DNA of 37,097 nt from a candidate division BRC1 bacterium ADurb.BinA292 (GCA_002068205.1 MVZB01000002.1:1-37097); one strand, 5' to 3'. Counted from the first letter of the stretch, positions 17,027 through 28,048 are shown. The notes: a model not told the origin generated them from the sequence alone. Numbers and translations are program-made.

Positions 17027-19426
17027 ATGTCGCCGTTCCTTTCGCCGGCCGGTTCCGGCCAGTTCACCGTGCTGCCCGTCGCGGCCCGACCGAGTCAGCC
17101 CCAGCCGGCGGCGCGCGCCGGGTTCCGCCTTGCCCTCCTGCTGCTGGCCGCGGCCCTGCCGGCCTCCAGCGCCCGCGCCCAGGATAATCTCATCCTGGCC
17201 GATGATCTGGCCGGCTCGACCTCCGGGGTTCGCTCGGGGGGCGAGTTCACCGACGGCGGCTGGAAAGTCACCGGCACCGACGACTTCATCTACTGGCACA
17301 TCCCAACGCTGACGGCGGGGGCGGTCGAGTTCGACGTCACCGGCCTGCCGCCCGACGACTGCCGGCCGGAAAACGCCGACAAATCCGAACTGTTCCACAT
17401 GTACGACTACACGTTCGGAAACGCCGACACGCAGTATAACGGCGGCTATCGCGACGACCCGTTCAAGCACTTCATCCGCAAGACCAACTGCATGGACACG
17501 CGCCCCGGGAAGCTCAACTCGCTGGAGCTGGTCTGGCAGATCCTGCCCAACTACGAGGAACCGGACACGGCGCCGCTGGCGTGGGATGCGACGGCGACCT
17601 ATCGCTTCCGCGAGGAATGGGAGCCGGTGGGCGACAACAGCACGCTGCGGACGTATCGCGACGGGGTGCTGCTGCGCGAGATCACGATCCCCGGCCTGTG
17701 GAATCCGACCGGCCACAGCATCCGGATCGGCGCGAGCCCGCGCTCGCCGTTGTATGACGATTTCGGGGCTCCGCCCAATGCGGTCTTCAGTCGCATCCGG
17801 GTCTACAGCGTCGCGTGCGCGCCCCCGGCCGCGCCGACGCTGACCGCCCCGGCGGCGAATGAAACGCTCCCCTCGGCGACGGTCGGCGCGCTCTGGGAGG
17901 GGGACGCGCATTCGCACGTTCAACTGCGGATCACGCGCGAACCCGATCTGGACTCCGAGCTGCTGTGGGATTCGGGCCTGCTTGAATCGCCCAACGACTG
18001 GATCTGGAGCGGGAAACTGCCGCAGCAGACGCCGGCCTACGCGGCGGTGCGTCTGGGCAACCTGTGCGGCGTGGGTCCGTGGAGCGAGCCCGTCGGGCCG
18101 TTCAACCTCGACCGCGGGTATGAGCCGCAGGAGGCCGATACGGTGCGGTTGGTCGGCGCCGTGCTCGTGGATAATCAGGGACCGTTTCTGGGCCTGGGCG
18201 CGTCGTATTTCCAGGCGATGCGCCGGTGCAAGTACGACCGGGACCGGTTTGAGAGCGACCTGAGCTTCCTCGCCGCCAACGAATTCCGCTATATCCGCAT
18301 CCTCTCGATGGTGGGCTGGTATGAGGCGTGGCAGGGTCTGGAAATTGCCCCGGTCAGCTTCAACAATCGGGCCAACGTGCCCGTGGCCGCATGGGAGGAC
18401 TACTGGCAGCAGTTCCGCGACTGCATTGACATTGCCTATGAACACGGCCTGCGAACCGAAGTGACGATCTTCGCCGACGCCCAGATGATGCCGGACAAGG
18501 CCGACCGCATCGCGCATATGGACACGATGCTGGAGAACCTGGTCGGCCGGGAGCACAAGGTCATTCTGCTGGAGGTGGGCAATGAGGCCTGGCAGAACGG
18601 CTTCTCCGGGGCGCAGGGCCGCGCCGACCTGCGCGAGTTCGGCCAGTATCTGGCGGAGCGGACGGAGATCCCGGTGGCGCTCAGCGCGCCGGATGATATC
18701 AGCGACGCCGGCATCAACCTGTTGTATTCGGGCTCGGCGGCCGACATCGCGACGGTCCACTTCACCCGCGACCTTGCGCCCGATGCCGGCTGGGCCCCGG
18801 TCTACGACATTTACCGCACGGGCCTCGTCGATGTGCCGCCGATGAGCAGCAATGAACCGATCGGACCGGGGGCGTCGGTCAACTCGGAGAACGATCCCGT
18901 CAAGCTGGTGATGGCGGCGGTCTACGCCTGGGCGGCGGGCCTGCCGATGTATGTCTTCCACTGTGAGGCGGGCGTTTTCGGAAGCTCCACGTTCGAGGGG
19001 ACACCCGCCATCGATGCGTATGATCACCTGGACGACATCCTGCCGCCGGATCTGTCGGGCTGGGCCCGCAATAACGGGATCATGCCCGATTCGCCGTTCA
19101 TCACCTACTGCGAGGGTCAGCCCGACACGCCGTGGTCGGCGGTGCCGGGGGCGAACGACGGCGTGATCCGCAACAACGGGGCGACGAACGGCTGCGATTT
19201 TATTGCGCTGCCGATCGCGGTGTTGGCCGACGGGGTCGAGCTGGAGCCGCGCCGGCCGATGGCGCTTAACGTCCACCATCCGTTGACCGGCGAGATCGTC
19301 GACACGAAAACGCTCGCGGCCGGCGAGCGGTTCACGCTGCCCCAGGGGCCGGGAGCATGGATCCTCCGCGGCCGGTATCTCGATTGCGCCGTCGGGACGG
19401 GCGTCGGCGACTGGACGCGATATTAA
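17027..19426 (+). CDS. Secreted multidomain protein: LamG/ConA-like lectin domain, FN3-like linker domain, and a clan GH-A (GH5-like) TIM-barrel glycoside hydrolase domain
   Basis: ATG 17027 lies 6 nt after GGGAGGAG. Signal peptide FRLALLLLAAALPASSARAQD. The C-terminal half has LLEVGNEAWQNG (the NE acid/base motif of clan GH-A) and a later SSNEPIG. The domain calls come from pattern recognition, not a search. Confidence 0.7.
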   Translation: MSPFLSPAGSGQFTVLPVAARPSQPQPAARAGFRLALLLLAAALPASSARAQDNLILADDLAGSTSGVRSGGEFTDGGWKVTGTDDFIYWHIPTLTAGAVEFDVTGLPPDDCRPENADKSELFHMYDYTFGNADTQYNGGYRDDPFKHFIRKTNCMDTRPGKLNSLELVWQILPNYEEPDTAPLAWDATATYRFREEWEPVGDNSTLRTYRDGVLLREITIPGLWNPTGHSIRIGASPRSPLYDDFGAPPNAVFSRIRVYSVACAPPAAPTLTAPAANETLPSATVGALWEGDAHSHVQLRITREPDLDSELLWDSGLLESPNDWIWSGKLPQQTPAYAAVRLGNLCGVGPWSEPVGPFNLDRGYEPQEADTVRLVGAVLVDNQGPFLGLGASYFQAMRRCKYDRDRFESDLSFLAANEFRYIRILSMVGWYEAWQGLEIAPVSFNNRANVPVAAWEDYWQQFRDCIDIAYEHGLRTEVTIFADAQMMPDKADRIAHMDTMLENLVGREHKVILLEVGNEAWQNGFSGAQGRADLREFGQYLAERTEIPVALSAPDDISDAGINLLYSGSAADIATVHFTRDLAPDAGWAPVYDIYRTGLVDVPPMSSNEPIGPGASVNSENDPVKLVMAAVYAWAAGLPMYVFHCEAGVFGSSTFEGTPAIDAYDHLDDILPPDLSGWARNNGIMPDSPFITYCEGQPDTPWSAVPGANDGVIRNNGATNGCDFIALPIAVLADGVELEPRRPMALNVHHPLTGEIVDTKTLAAGERFTLPQGPGAWILRGRYLDCAVGTGVGDWTRY

Positions 19427-19460
19427 GCGGCAACCAGGCGCGGAATGATGCTGGTGGGAT

Positions 19461-19515
19461 GGACCGGCGGGGGCGCCGCTCCCACACTGGCCGTATCGCC
19501 GGTCCGGTTTTCGTT
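19461..19515 (+). terminator. Candidate terminator after the hydrolase gene
   Basis: GGACCGGCG (19461-19469) pairs with CGCCGGTCC (19497-19505), followed by GGTTTTCGTT. The large 27-nt loop lowers confidence. Confidence 0.4.
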
Positions 19516-19696
19516 CCTTCGCCGGCTGATTTCCAGTACCATGCCTTCTTTCCCTGCCCGCGCCCGACGCTGGCCGAGGTAGGCGCCGGAGAAGGCTGAT
19601 GCAACTCTTGAACCTCTTCCGCGGCGCGCGGCTGGCCGCCGCGCCGTCGCATCCACGTCGCGCCGCGGCGGCGGCCTGCGGCGGACCCCCCGCGTC

Positions 19697-22015
19697 ATGA
19701 CGCTCCTCGCCGTGCTGTCGCCGTTTGCGCTGGCCATCGTGGCCCCCTGGCTTCAGCGCCGTCTGGACCGCGCCGCCGGCTGGCTGCTGGCCGCGCTGCC
19801 CGCCGTCCTGTTCATTGGGTTCCTCAACTTCGCCCTGCGCCATCCGGCAGAATCCCATGTCTTCTCCTGGCCCTGGATTCCCAGCCTCCAGATCCAGCTG
19901 TCGTTCCTCCTCGACGGGCTGAGCCTCCTCTTCGCGCTCATGATCACCGGCATCGGCGCCCTGGTCCTCATCTACTCGGGCGGCTATCTCGCCGGTCATC
20001 CCCATCTGGGCCGCTTTTACGTTTATCTGCTGATGTTCATGGGCTCGATGCTCGGCGTCGTGCTCTCGAATAATGTCCTCTCGCTGTTCGTCTTCTGGGA
20101 GCTGACGAGCTTCAGCTCCTATCTGCTGATCGGCTTTTACCACGATCGCCAGGCTTCGCGCGCCGCCGCGCTGCAGGCCCTGCTGGTGACGGGGGCCGGC
20201 GGGCTGGCGCTGCTGGCCGGCGTGATCCTGCTGGCGTTCGCCGGCGGAAGCTGGGAGTTGAGCGAATTGCTCGCGCGCGGCGACCTTGTCCGCGGCCATC
20301 CACTCCTGCACGCCACGCTGGTGTTGATTCTGCTCGGCGCGTTCACCAAGTCGGCGCAGTTTCCGTTCCACTTCTGGCTGCCCGCCGCGATGGAAGCCCC
20401 CGCGCCCGTCAGCACGTATCTGCACTCGGCCACGATGGTCAAGGCCGGCGTCTATCTGCTGGCGCGGCTCCACCCGATCCTCGGCGCCGCGCCGCGCTGG
20501 CAGCTTTATGTCGGCGGTTGCGGCGCGCTGACGATGCTGGTCGGCGCCGGGCTCGCGCTCCTCCAGGTTGACATCAAGCGCCAGCTCGCCTACACGACCG
20601 TCAGCGTGCTGGGCGCCCTCACGTTCCTGCTCGGCCTGGGGGGCGAAACCGCCGTCACGGGCGCCATCCTCTACGTTCTCGTCCATTCGCTGTACAAGGG
20701 GGCGTTGTTCCTCGTCGGCGGCAACGTCGACCACGCCGTCGACTCGCGCGACGTCACCCGGCTGCGCGGCCTGCGGCGCGCCATGCCGATTACCTTTGTC
20801 GCCGCGCTGCTCGCCGGTCTCTCGATGGCCGGGTTGCCGCCGTTCGTCGGCTTCATCAGCAAGGAGTTGATCTACGAGGCGCTCCACGCCCACGATCTGT
20901 CGTTGCTCCTCGCCGCGGTGGCCGTCGCGGCCAACGGCTGCATGTTCGTAGTGGCGCTGCTGATCGGCGTCCGCATTTTCGTCGGCCCGCCGGCCGCCAC
21001 GCCGCGCGAGCCGCACGAAGCTCCGCCGTCGATGTGGCTCGGCCCCCTGGCGCTGGCGAGTCTGGGGCTGATCTTCGGCCTGGTCCCCGGACTGATCGAG
21101 GGCCGGCTGATCGCACCGGCCGTCGCCGCCGTCGGGCAACTGCCGGCGACGCCCGCGCCGCACCTGGCCCTGTGGCACGGGTTCACCCCCATGCTGTTAC
21201 TCAGCGCCGTCACCATCGCAGCCGGCTTGCTCGTCTTCCTGGGCTGGGATTTCCTCCGCGCGCGGCTCAACCGCCTGGCGCCCCTCGGCCGGCTGGGACC
21301 CGCCCGCTGGTATGAATGGGTGCTGCAGGGCGTGCTCGGCTTCGCCCATCTGCAGACGCGCATCCTCCAGAGCGGCTCGCTTCCGGTCTACATCGCCACG
21401 CTGATCGTCGTGATCATCCTGCTGGTCGGCGGCACGCTGCTTGAGCAGGTCCAGATCGTCCGCCTGGCGAACTGGAACGACATCCGCTTCCACGAGCTGT
21501 GCATCATTCTGACGATGATGATGGCCATTCTGACGCTGGTCACAACCAATTCGCGCCTGACGGCCATCGCCGCGCTGGGGGTCGTCGGCTACTGCGTCTC
21601 GCTCATTTTCGTCCTGTTCGGCGCCCCCGATCTGGCGATCACGCAGTTCTGCATCGAAACGCTCAGCGTCGTTCTCTTCGTCCTCGTGCTGTATAAGCTG
21701 CCGCGGTTTCAGGTCTTCTCGCGCTGGCCGACGCGCCTGGCCGAGGCCGCCATCGCCGTTGCCTTCGGCCTGGTCGTCATCGGGCTGATGACGCTCGGCA
21801 TGGAGTCCGACCTGGGCTCGCCCATCTCTGAATTCTATGCCGCGAACAGCTATCTGCAGGCGCACGGCCGCAATATCGTCAACGTGATCCTCGTCGATTT
21901 CCGCGGCGTCGACACGATGGGTGAGATCACCGTGCTGGCCATCGGCGCGCTCGGCGTCCTCGCGCTGCTCAAGCTGCGCCTGGACCGCGACCGCCCCGGC
22001 AAGGAGTCCTCATGA
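19697..22015 (+). CDS. mrpA: Na+/H+ (monovalent cation/proton) antiporter subunit A, with fused MrpB-like C-terminal domain
   Basis: 772-aa polytopic protein with NuoL/MrpA motifs [14 protein letters not shown] and [36 protein letters not shown]. It is the first of seven overlapping or abutting genes. Confidence 0.92.
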   Translation: MTLLAVLSPFALAIVAPWLQRRLDRAAGWLLAALPAVLFIGFLNFALRHPAESHVFSWPWIPSLQIQLSFLLDGLSLLFALMITGIGALVLIYSGGYLAGHPHLGRFYVYLLMFMGSMLGVVLSNNVLSLFVFWELTSFSSYLLIGFYHDRQASRAAALQALLVTGAGGLALLAGVILLAFAGGSWELSELLARGDLVRGHPLLHATLVLILLGAFTKSAQFPFHFWLPAAMEAPAPVSTYLHSATMVKAGVYLLARLHPILGAAPRWQLYVGGCGALTMLVGAGLALLQVDIKRQLAYTTVSVLGALTFLLGLGGETAVTGAILYVLVHSLYKGALFLVGGNVDHAVDSRDVTRLRGLRRAMPITFVAALLAGLSMAGLPPFVGFISKELIYEALHAHDLSLLLAAVAVAANGCMFVVALLIGVRIFVGPPAATPREPHEAPPSMWLGPLALASLGLIFGLVPGLIEGRLIAPAVAAVGQLPATPAPHLALWHGFTPMLLLSAVTIAAGLLVFLGWDFLRARLNRLAPLGRLGPARWYEWVLQGVLGFAHLQTRILQSGSLPVYIATLIVVIILLVGGTLLEQVQIVRLANWNDIRFHELCIILTMMMAILTLVTTNSRLTAIAALGVVGYCVSLIFVLFGAPDLAITQFCIETLSVVLFVLVLYKLPRFQVFSRWPTRLAEAAIAVAFGLVVIGLMTLGMESDLGSPISEFYAANSYLQAHGRNIVNVILVDFRGVDTMGEITVLAIGALGVLALLKLRLDRDRPGKESS

Positions 22016-22446
22016 ACCCGCCGCCCGCCCGCTCGATGATGCCGTCGCTGATCCTCAACACGGCCACGCGCTACCTGATGCCGCTGCTGGTCACCTTTTC
22101 GATCTTTGTCCTGCTGCGGGGGCACAATCTGCCCGGCGGCGGCTTCATCGGCGGCCTGATCGCGGCCGCGGCCTTCGTGCTCTATGCGATCGCCCATCAC
22201 GTCGCCGCCGCGCGCCGCGCCCTGCCGCTCGATCCGCTCCAGCTCATCGCGCTCGGGCTGCTCACCGCCGTCTCCAGCGGCATCCTGTCCATCGTGGCCG
22301 GCGAACCGTTCATGACCGGCCTCTGGTCGCACGACCCCTGGCCCGTGCTGGGCGCTCCGGGCACGCCGCTGCTGTTCGATATCGGCGTCTACCTGGTCGT
22401 CCTCGGCGTCGCGCTCACCATCGTCTTCGCCCTGGCGGAGGAATAG
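22012..22446 (+). CDS. mrpB: Cation/proton antiporter subunit B
   Basis: 144-aa membrane protein. Its ATG overlaps the mrpA stop (ATGA at 22012-22015). [13 protein letters not shown] motif typical of MnhB. Confidence 0.88.
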   Translation: MNPPPARSMMPSLILNTATRYLMPLLVTFSIFVLLRGHNLPGGGFIGGLIAAAAFVLYAIAHHVAAARRALPLDPLQLIALGLLTAVSSGILSIVAGEPFMTGLWSHDPWPVLGAPGTPLLFDIGVYLVVLGVALTIVFALAEE

Positions 22447-22447
22447 C

Positions 22448-22813
22448 ATGCAGGCCGTCCTGATCCTCACCGTCGGGATCCTCTACGCCGCCGGCATCTA
22501 CATGATGATGCGGCGCAGCATCGTCAAGCTGATCATCGGACTCGGCCTGCTGGGGCATGCGGCCAACCTGCTGATCTTCACGGCCGGCGGCCTGCGGCGC
22601 GGCGCGCCCGCCTTCATCGATCCCGACCAGTCCGCCGCCGCGCTCGCGCAAATCGCCGACCCGATCCCCCAGGCGCTGATCCTGACCGCCATCGTCATCG
22701 GCTTCGGCGTCCAGGCCTTCTCCATCGTCCTGATCCGGCGCGTCTATCAGGTCAACGGCAACGACGACCTGAAACACATGCGCTCGACCGACGAACTGGG
22801 GAGCAACCCCTGA
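22448..22813 (+). CDS. mrpC: Cation/proton antiporter subunit C (NuoK-like)
   Basis: 121 aa, three TM segments, size and operon position as in Mrp/Mnh. [17 protein letters not shown] motif. Confidence 0.88.
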   Translation: MQAVLILTVGILYAAGIYMMMRRSIVKLIIGLGLLGHAANLLIFTAGGLRRGAPAFIDPDQSAAALAQIADPIPQALILTAIVIGFGVQAFSIVLIRRVYQVNGNDDLKHMRSTDELGSNP

Positions 22814-24339
22814 TGGCGGCGACCGGCGTCCACGTCCTGCTGCTCTGCCCCGTTCTGATCCCGCTGCTGGGCGCGATCTTCTCCATTTTCGGCTGGAATC
22901 GGCGCCGCTATCAGCGCACGGTGCTCGTCGTCGGCATGGCGCTGCTGCTGGCGGCCGCCGTCGCCCTGCTGCGCGTCGTCTCGGCCGAGGGCATCCAGTC
23001 GGTTCAGGTCGGCAACTGGCCCGCCCCGTTCGGCATCACGTTCGTCGCCGATCTGTTCAGCGCGATCATGGTCCTGCTCGGCGCGATGATGGGCCTGGCC
23101 GTCGCCGTCTATTCGTTCATCAGCATCGACGTCCGCCGCGAAAGCTTCGGCTACTACCCGCTGTTCAACACACTGATGATGGGCGTCAGCGGCGCGTTCC
23201 TCACCGGCGACCTCTTCAACATGTACGTCTGGTTCGAGGTGATGCTGATCTCCTCGTTCGTCCTGCTGGCGCTGGGCGGCGAGCGCGCCCAGCTCGAGGG
23301 CTCGATCAAATACGTCACGCTCAATCTGCTCTCCTCGGCCGTCTTCCTCGCGGGCGTCGGCATCCTCTACAGCGTCGTCGGGTCGCTCAACATGGCCGAC
23401 ATCGCCCGCCTGATGAGCGCGCGCGTGACTGAAGGGATCGCCCTGACCATCGCGATGATGTTCCTCATCGCCTTCGGCATCAAGGCGGCCATCTTCCCGA
23501 TGTTCTTCTGGCTGCCGGCTTCGTATCACACGCCCCCCGTCGCCGTTTCGGCGATCTTCGCCGGGCTGCTCACCAAGGTCGGCGTCTATTCGCTGATCCG
23601 CGTCTTCACGCTGATCTTCGTTCAGAACCCCGGCTACACGCACGGCGCCATCGCGATCCTGGCCGGCTTCACGATGATCTGCGGCGTGCTGGGCGCCGCC
23701 GCCCAGATGGAGTTCCGCCGCGTTCTCTCGTTCCACATCATCAGCCAGATCGGCTACATGATCCTCGGCCTCGGCTTTTTCACGCCGCTCGCCCTCGCCG
23801 GCTCGGTCTTCTATCTGATCCATCACATCATCGTGAAGACCAACCTGTTTCTGGTCAGCGGCGTGGTCCACCGGCTCCAGGGCACCTATCAGCTCAAGCC
23901 GCTGGGCGGCCTCTACAAGCGCCATCCGCTGCTCGGACTGCTCTTCCTGATCCCCGCGATGTCGCTTGCCGGTGTGCCGCCGCTCTCGGGGTTCTGGGCC
24001 AAGTTCATCCTGATCCGCGAGGGGCTTGAGCTCCGGCATTACCTGCTGGTCGCCGCCGCGCTGGTCACCAGCATCCTGACGCTCTATTCGATGTCGAAAA
24101 TCTGGGTCGAAGTCTTCTGGAAGGACAAACCCGAGTCGCGCGTCTTCGGCGGCGCGCCGATCGCCCATCGCCTGCCGCGCATCGTCTGGGTGCTCTACCT
24201 CGCGCCGATTGTCGCCCTCGCCCTGTGCACCGTGATCATCGGCCTGGCGGCCGAACCGGTCTTCGCCCTCTCGCTGCGCGCCGCCGAACAGCTCATGGAT
24301 CCTCAGGCCTACATCGAGGCCATCCTCGGAGGAGGCTGA
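22813..24339 (+). CDS. mrpD: Cation/proton antiporter subunit D (NuoM/N-like)
   Basis: 508 aa. Its ATG shares one base with the mrpC TGA. NuoN-like motifs [15 protein letters not shown] and [36 protein letters not shown]. Confidence 0.92.
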   Translation: MAATGVHVLLLCPVLIPLLGAIFSIFGWNRRRYQRTVLVVGMALLLAAAVALLRVVSAEGIQSVQVGNWPAPFGITFVADLFSAIMVLLGAMMGLAVAVYSFISIDVRRESFGYYPLFNTLMMGVSGAFLTGDLFNMYVWFEVMLISSFVLLALGGERAQLEGSIKYVTLNLLSSAVFLAGVGILYSVVGSLNMADIARLMSARVTEGIALTIAMMFLIAFGIKAAIFPMFFWLPASYHTPPVAVSAIFAGLLTKVGVYSLIRVFTLIFVQNPGYTHGAIAILAGFTMICGVLGAAAQMEFRRVLSFHIISQIGYMILGLGFFTPLALAGSVFYLIHHIIVKTNLFLVSGVVHRLQGTYQLKPLGGLYKRHPLLGLLFLIPAMSLAGVPPLSGFWAKFILIREGLELRHYLLVAAALVTSILTLYSMSKIWVEVFWKDKPESRVFGGAPIAHRLPRIVWVLYLAPIVALALCTVIIGLAAEPVFALSLRAAEQLMDPQAYIEAILGGG

Positions 24340-24342
24340 ACC

Positions 24343-24810
24343 GTGTTCGTCCTCAATCTGATCCTCGCGCTGGTGTGGGCCGCGCTGACCGCCGACTTCT
24401 CCCCGCTCAACCTGTTCGTCGGCTACGTCGGCGGCTACTTCATCCTCTACATGCTGCGCCGCGTCGAAAGCCCATCGCCCTACTTCCGCCGGCTCCCGCG
24501 CATCCTGCGGCTGATCGCCATCTTTCTGCGCGAGCTCGTCGTCGCCAACCTCCGGGTCTGCTACGACGTGCTGACGCCGACGCATTACATGAAGCCCGCG
24601 ATCCTCGCCATTCCGCTCGATCTGGAGTCGGACGAGGAAATCACGCTGCTGGCCAACCTGATCACGCTGACGCCCGGAACGCTCTCGCTTGACATCTCGA
24701 CCGATCGCAAGGTTCTTTATATTCACGCGATGTACGTCGACGATCTGGACCAGGCGCGCCGCGAGATCAAGCAGGGATTCGAACGCGAGGTGCGCGAGGT
24801 GTTCCGGTGA
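24343..24810 (+). CDS. mrpE: Cation/proton antiporter subunit E
   Basis: 155 aa, GTG start. ITLTPGTLSLD motif typical of MnhE. Operon position fits. Confidence 0.85.
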   Translation: MFVLNLILALVWAALTADFSPLNLFVGYVGGYFILYMLRRVESPSPYFRRLPRILRLIAIFLRELVVANLRVCYDVLTPTHYMKPAILAIPLDLESDEEITLLANLITLTPGTLSLDISTDRKVLYIHAMYVDDLDQARREIKQGFEREVREVFR

Positions 24811-25103
24811 TTGACCCGATCCCCCACCCCGCCGGACTGGCCGGCCTCTCCTACCTGCTGATCCTCGGCATGCTCGGCGTTGCCGTCGTGCTGACGTTCA
24901 TCCGCTTGTACCGCGGGCCCAAGCTCGCCGATCGCGTCATCGCCCTCGATCTGCTCGCCATCGAGTCGATCGGCATCATCGTCAATTACGCGATGGCCCT
25001 CAATCGCCAGATGCTGATCGATGTCGCCATCGTGCTGGCGCTGCTCGCCTTCCTCGGCACAGTCGCCTTTGCCCGCTATCTGGAGAAACGCGTCGAACCA
25101 TGA
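24807..25103 (+). CDS. mrpF: Cation/proton antiporter subunit F
   Basis: 98 aa. Its GTG overlaps the mrpE stop (GTGA). RGPKLADRVIALD motif typical of MnhF. Confidence 0.85.
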   Translation: MIDPIPHPAGLAGLSYLLILGMLGVAVVLTFIRLYRGPKLADRVIALDLLAIESIGIIVNYAMALNRQMLIDVAIVLALLAFLGTVAFARYLEKRVEP

Positions 25104-25537
25104 TCGAGGTCCTCAGCACGCTATTCGCCCTGCTGGGCGCGTTTTTCATCACGGTCGCCAGCATCGGCATCCTGCGCATGCCCGACCTGTTCCTGCGCAT
25201 GTCGGCCACCAGCAAAGCTTCCACGCTCGGCTCGGCGCTCACGCTCATCGCCGCGATGATTTTCTTTCAGGATTTCTCGGTGACGACGCGCTGTCTCGCC
25301 ACGATCCTGTTCCTGATCCTGACCACGCCCGTCGCCGCGCACATGATCGGCCGCGCCGGCTATCTGAGCGGCGTCCGGCTCTGGGAGCGCACGATTACCG
25401 ATGAACTGGCCGGCCACTACAATGCCGAAACGCGCCGGCTGGAGGGCGCGGCGCCCACCCCATCGCCCGCGGAGCCCCAGCCGGAAAAGACCGGCGAGAC
25501 GGATCGGTTCAGCCCGCCGAGCGGAAGGCCGGAGTAA
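25100..25537 (+). CDS. mrpG: Cation/proton antiporter subunit G
   Basis: 145 aa. Its ATG overlaps the mrpF stop (ATGA). GILRMPDLFLRMSATSKASTLG motif typical of MnhG, plus a Pro/Glu-rich C-terminal extension of about 35 aa. Confidence 0.85.
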   Translation: MIEVLSTLFALLGAFFITVASIGILRMPDLFLRMSATSKASTLGSALTLIAAMIFFQDFSVTTRCLATILFLILTTPVAAHMIGRAGYLSGVRLWERTITDELAGHYNAETRRLEGAAPTPSPAEPQPEKTGETDRFSPPSGRPE

Positions 25538-25663
25538 AGCGCAGGGTGGAGGCCGCAGGCCGGGATCCTGTGTGCCGGCCCCCTGCGATCCAAGCCCCTG
25601 AAAGGGGTGGTCGGAGTTGGTCTGAATTTAGGGGAATGACAACTACTTCAGTGGTGGGAACCG

Positions 25664-26233
25664 CTACCCGGCCGAGGATTGGCGTTCGTGGCGCACGTGC
25701 GCCGCGTCTTCCGCGATGCAGCCCTCATATTCCGTGCAGATCTCGCAGTTCCCCTCGCCGTTGCACGGGATTTCGCGGTTCTGCAGCCGCGCCAGCAGCT
25801 TGCGGTGCAGCGGCTTGTCTTCCTGCAGCACCCGCACCAGCTTGAACAGCGTTTCGGTCGTCGCCGGCGACAGCAGGTGCTCCAGCTTGCACGCGTCCTC
25901 GTAGGCCACCTCGCGCGGCACGCCGAGGATGTCCTCCAGGAAACACTCCACCACCAGGAAGTTGCGCTCGACCATCCGCGCCAGCTCCTGGCCCGATTCG
26001 GTCACCTCCAGCATCCGGTGGGGGTCTTCCTGGATCCAGCCGCGCTCCTTGAGCAGCGTCGTCGCCCGCGAGGCCGCCCCCCGCGAGACCTGCAGGTGCT
26101 CGGCCACATCGGTCACCCGCGCATAGCCCTGCTGCTGCTTCAGGTGACGGATCGTCATCAGATAATGCGCCGCCGAGTGCGTCAGCTCGCTCTCTTCGAA
26201 CGCGCGCCATGCCGAACTGTCGTTGATATGCAT
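25664..26233 (-). CDS. DtxR/MntR-family metal-dependent transcriptional regulator with a Cys-rich C-terminal tail
   Basis: ORF 25664-26317; probable ATG at 26233 (MHINDSS). wHTH segment ARVTDVAEHLQVSRGAASRATTLLKERGW. Metal-site segment ACKLEH matches DtxR Cys102/Glu105/His106. The tail is PCNGEGNCEICTEYEGC. Confidence 0.82.
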   Translation of the reverse strand: MHINDSSAWRAFEESELTHSAAHYLMTIRHLKQQQGYARVTDVAEHLQVSRGAASRATTLLKERGWIQEDPHRMLEVTESGQELARMVERNFLVVECFLEDILGVPREVAYEDACKLEHLLSPATTETLFKLVRVLQEDKPLHRKLLARLQNREIPCNGEGNCEICTEYEGCIAEDAAHVRHERQSSAG

Positions 26234-26597
26234 GTCACGGGCCTCTTGCGGTTCACGGGGGGAAGCGGGCCGTCCACCGGAAGTCGTAGCGTCTGCTACA
26301 AAGATGGGCTCAGGCAACGCATTCCTTTTCTATTCGGGATTAACTCCTGGCCGACACCTCGACCCACCACGCCGAGGGGGGGTCTGGCTCGTCTGATCCA
26401 AGGCTACACTCACCAGGCCGACCGTCGCAAGCTCCTTTGCCGCCGCCGGTGCGCCCGGCGAAACCGACTGGCGGGATTCGGCCCGCTGGGGTATTTTAGC
26501 ATAAGTCCGCGCCGCGGCGAACCGCTCCGCTTCGCCGACCCGAGCCCGGCTGATCCGCCCGGCTCGGCCAGTGCGGTCTCTCCAGCCACGGAAAGCC

Positions 26598-27620
26598 ATG
26601 ATTCTAAACGACTTCCGCTCCCTGCTGGCACGCCAGCCCGCCCTGCCCGCGCCGATGTGCGGCATCAGCGACTTCCCTTGGCGCGAGCTGTGCCGCCGCA
26701 TGGGCGCCCGGGTCACCTACACCCAGATGGTCTCGGCCGAGGCGCTCTGGCGCGGCGACGCCAAGACCCTGGAGATCCTGGACCTGGCGCCCGGCGAGAC
26801 CCACGTCGCCATGCAGCTCTTCGGCGGCGAGCCCGAGGCGCTGGCCCACGCCTGCCGGGTCCTCCAGGACCACGGGGCGCTGCTGATCGACCTGAACATG
26901 GGCTGCCCGGCGCGCAAGATCACCTGCTCGCATGCCGGCTCGGCCCTGCTCAACGATCTGCCGCGCGTCGCGCGCATTTTCCGCGCCATGCGCCAGGCCA
27001 CCCGCGTCCCCCTCACCGCCAAAATGCGCTGGGACTGGGCCGACGGCCTGACCCCCGCCGATGCGCTCAACGACAAACAGCGCGCCGGCGCCGCCCTCGC
27101 CGTCGCCCGCCTGGCCGAGGCCGAGGGGCTCGACGGCGTCTGCCTGCATGCCCGCACGCGCGAACAGGGCTACTCCGGCGTGGCCAACTGGGAGCTGATC
27201 GCCCGGCTCAAGGAGGCCGTCGCGATCCCCGTCGTCGGCAACGGCGACATCCGCGAACCGGCCGACGCGCTCCAGATGCGCGCCCACTCCGGCTGCGACG
27301 GGGTGATGATCGGCCGCGCGCTGATCGGCGACCCGTGGCTGCTGGGCGACATCCTCGCCGCATTGGAGGCCGGCCACGCCGCGCCGCGCCGCGCCCCCGA
27401 CTGGCCGACCCGCCGCGCCCTGATGCTGGAGCACGCCGGCCTGATGTTCGAGCGGCGCGGCCCGCGCGGCCTGATCCAGTTCCGCAAGCATGCGGCCGCC
27501 TACCTGCGCGGCCTGCGCGGCGCCAAGCTGCTGCGCACCGAGCTGATGCAGGCCGCCACGCTCGAGGAACTGAGCGCCCTGCTCGATCGCGAGCTGGAAC
27601 CCGCGGCCGACGCCGCCTGA
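26598..27620 (+). CDS. tRNA-dihydrouridine synthase (Dus family)
   Basis: ORF 26571-27620; ATG 26598 follows GGAAAG. APMCGISDFPWR, DLNMGCPARKI (catalytic Cys loop), HARTREQGYSG and VVGNGDI. Confidence 0.9.
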   Translation: MILNDFRSLLARQPALPAPMCGISDFPWRELCRRMGARVTYTQMVSAEALWRGDAKTLEILDLAPGETHVAMQLFGGEPEALAHACRVLQDHGALLIDLNMGCPARKITCSHAGSALLNDLPRVARIFRAMRQATRVPLTAKMRWDWADGLTPADALNDKQRAGAALAVARLAEAEGLDGVCLHARTREQGYSGVANWELIARLKEAVAIPVVGNGDIREPADALQMRAHSGCDGVMIGRALIGDPWLLGDILAALEAGHAAPRRAPDWPTRRALMLEHAGLMFERRGPRGLIQFRKHAAAYLRGLRGAKLLRTELMQAATLEELSALLDRELEPAADAA

Positions 27621-27654
27621 CCCTCCAATCCCCCGCGGGATCGTCCCCTCCACC

Positions 27655-28020
27655 ATGCCCGAGCTCAAACGGATCAACGTCGTCTTCCTCTACGCGGCCG
27701 ATATGGAGCGGATGCGCACGTTTTACGAGGAGACGGTCGGTTTCGGCGAGCCCTGCCGCGTCACCGACGACTGGGTCGAATACGCGCTGGGCGAGGGGGC
27801 GCGTTTCGCCCTGCACCGCGCCATGCCCGGTTTCCGCAGCGGCAGCCGCGGCGCCGTTCAGTTCAGCATCGCCGTGGACGACCTGGACGGCGCCTGCCGC
27901 GAGCTGGAGACCGCCGGCGTGACAATCCTGCGCCCGCCCGAATACGGCCCCGGCTTCCGCCTCGCCGAATTCGAGGACCCCGAGGGCAATCCGATCCGGC
28001 TGATCGAGTTCGAGGCCTGA
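27655..28020 (+). CDS. VOC (glyoxalase/bleomycin-resistance/dioxygenase) family protein
   Basis: 121 aa. Beta-alpha-beta-beta-beta-type pattern: INVVFLYAADMERMRTFYEETVGF ... FEDPEGNPIRLIE. Confidence 0.78.
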   Translation: MPELKRINVVFLYAADMERMRTFYEETVGFGEPCRVTDDWVEYALGEGARFALHRAMPGFRSGSRGAVQFSIAVDDLDGACRELETAGVTILRPPEYGPGFRLAEFEDPEGNPIRLIEFEA

Positions 28021-28048
28021 CGGCCCGATGCCGTCCCAGACTCCATGC

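Noticed and set aside
16811-21178. 1455-aa ORF on the minus strand spanning the hydrolase gene and part of mrpA
   Set aside because: It is antisense to two well-supported genes. The translation is Arg/Gly/Ala/Pro/Gln-rich and repetitive with no motifs. Long stop-free antisense frames are expected at this G+C content.
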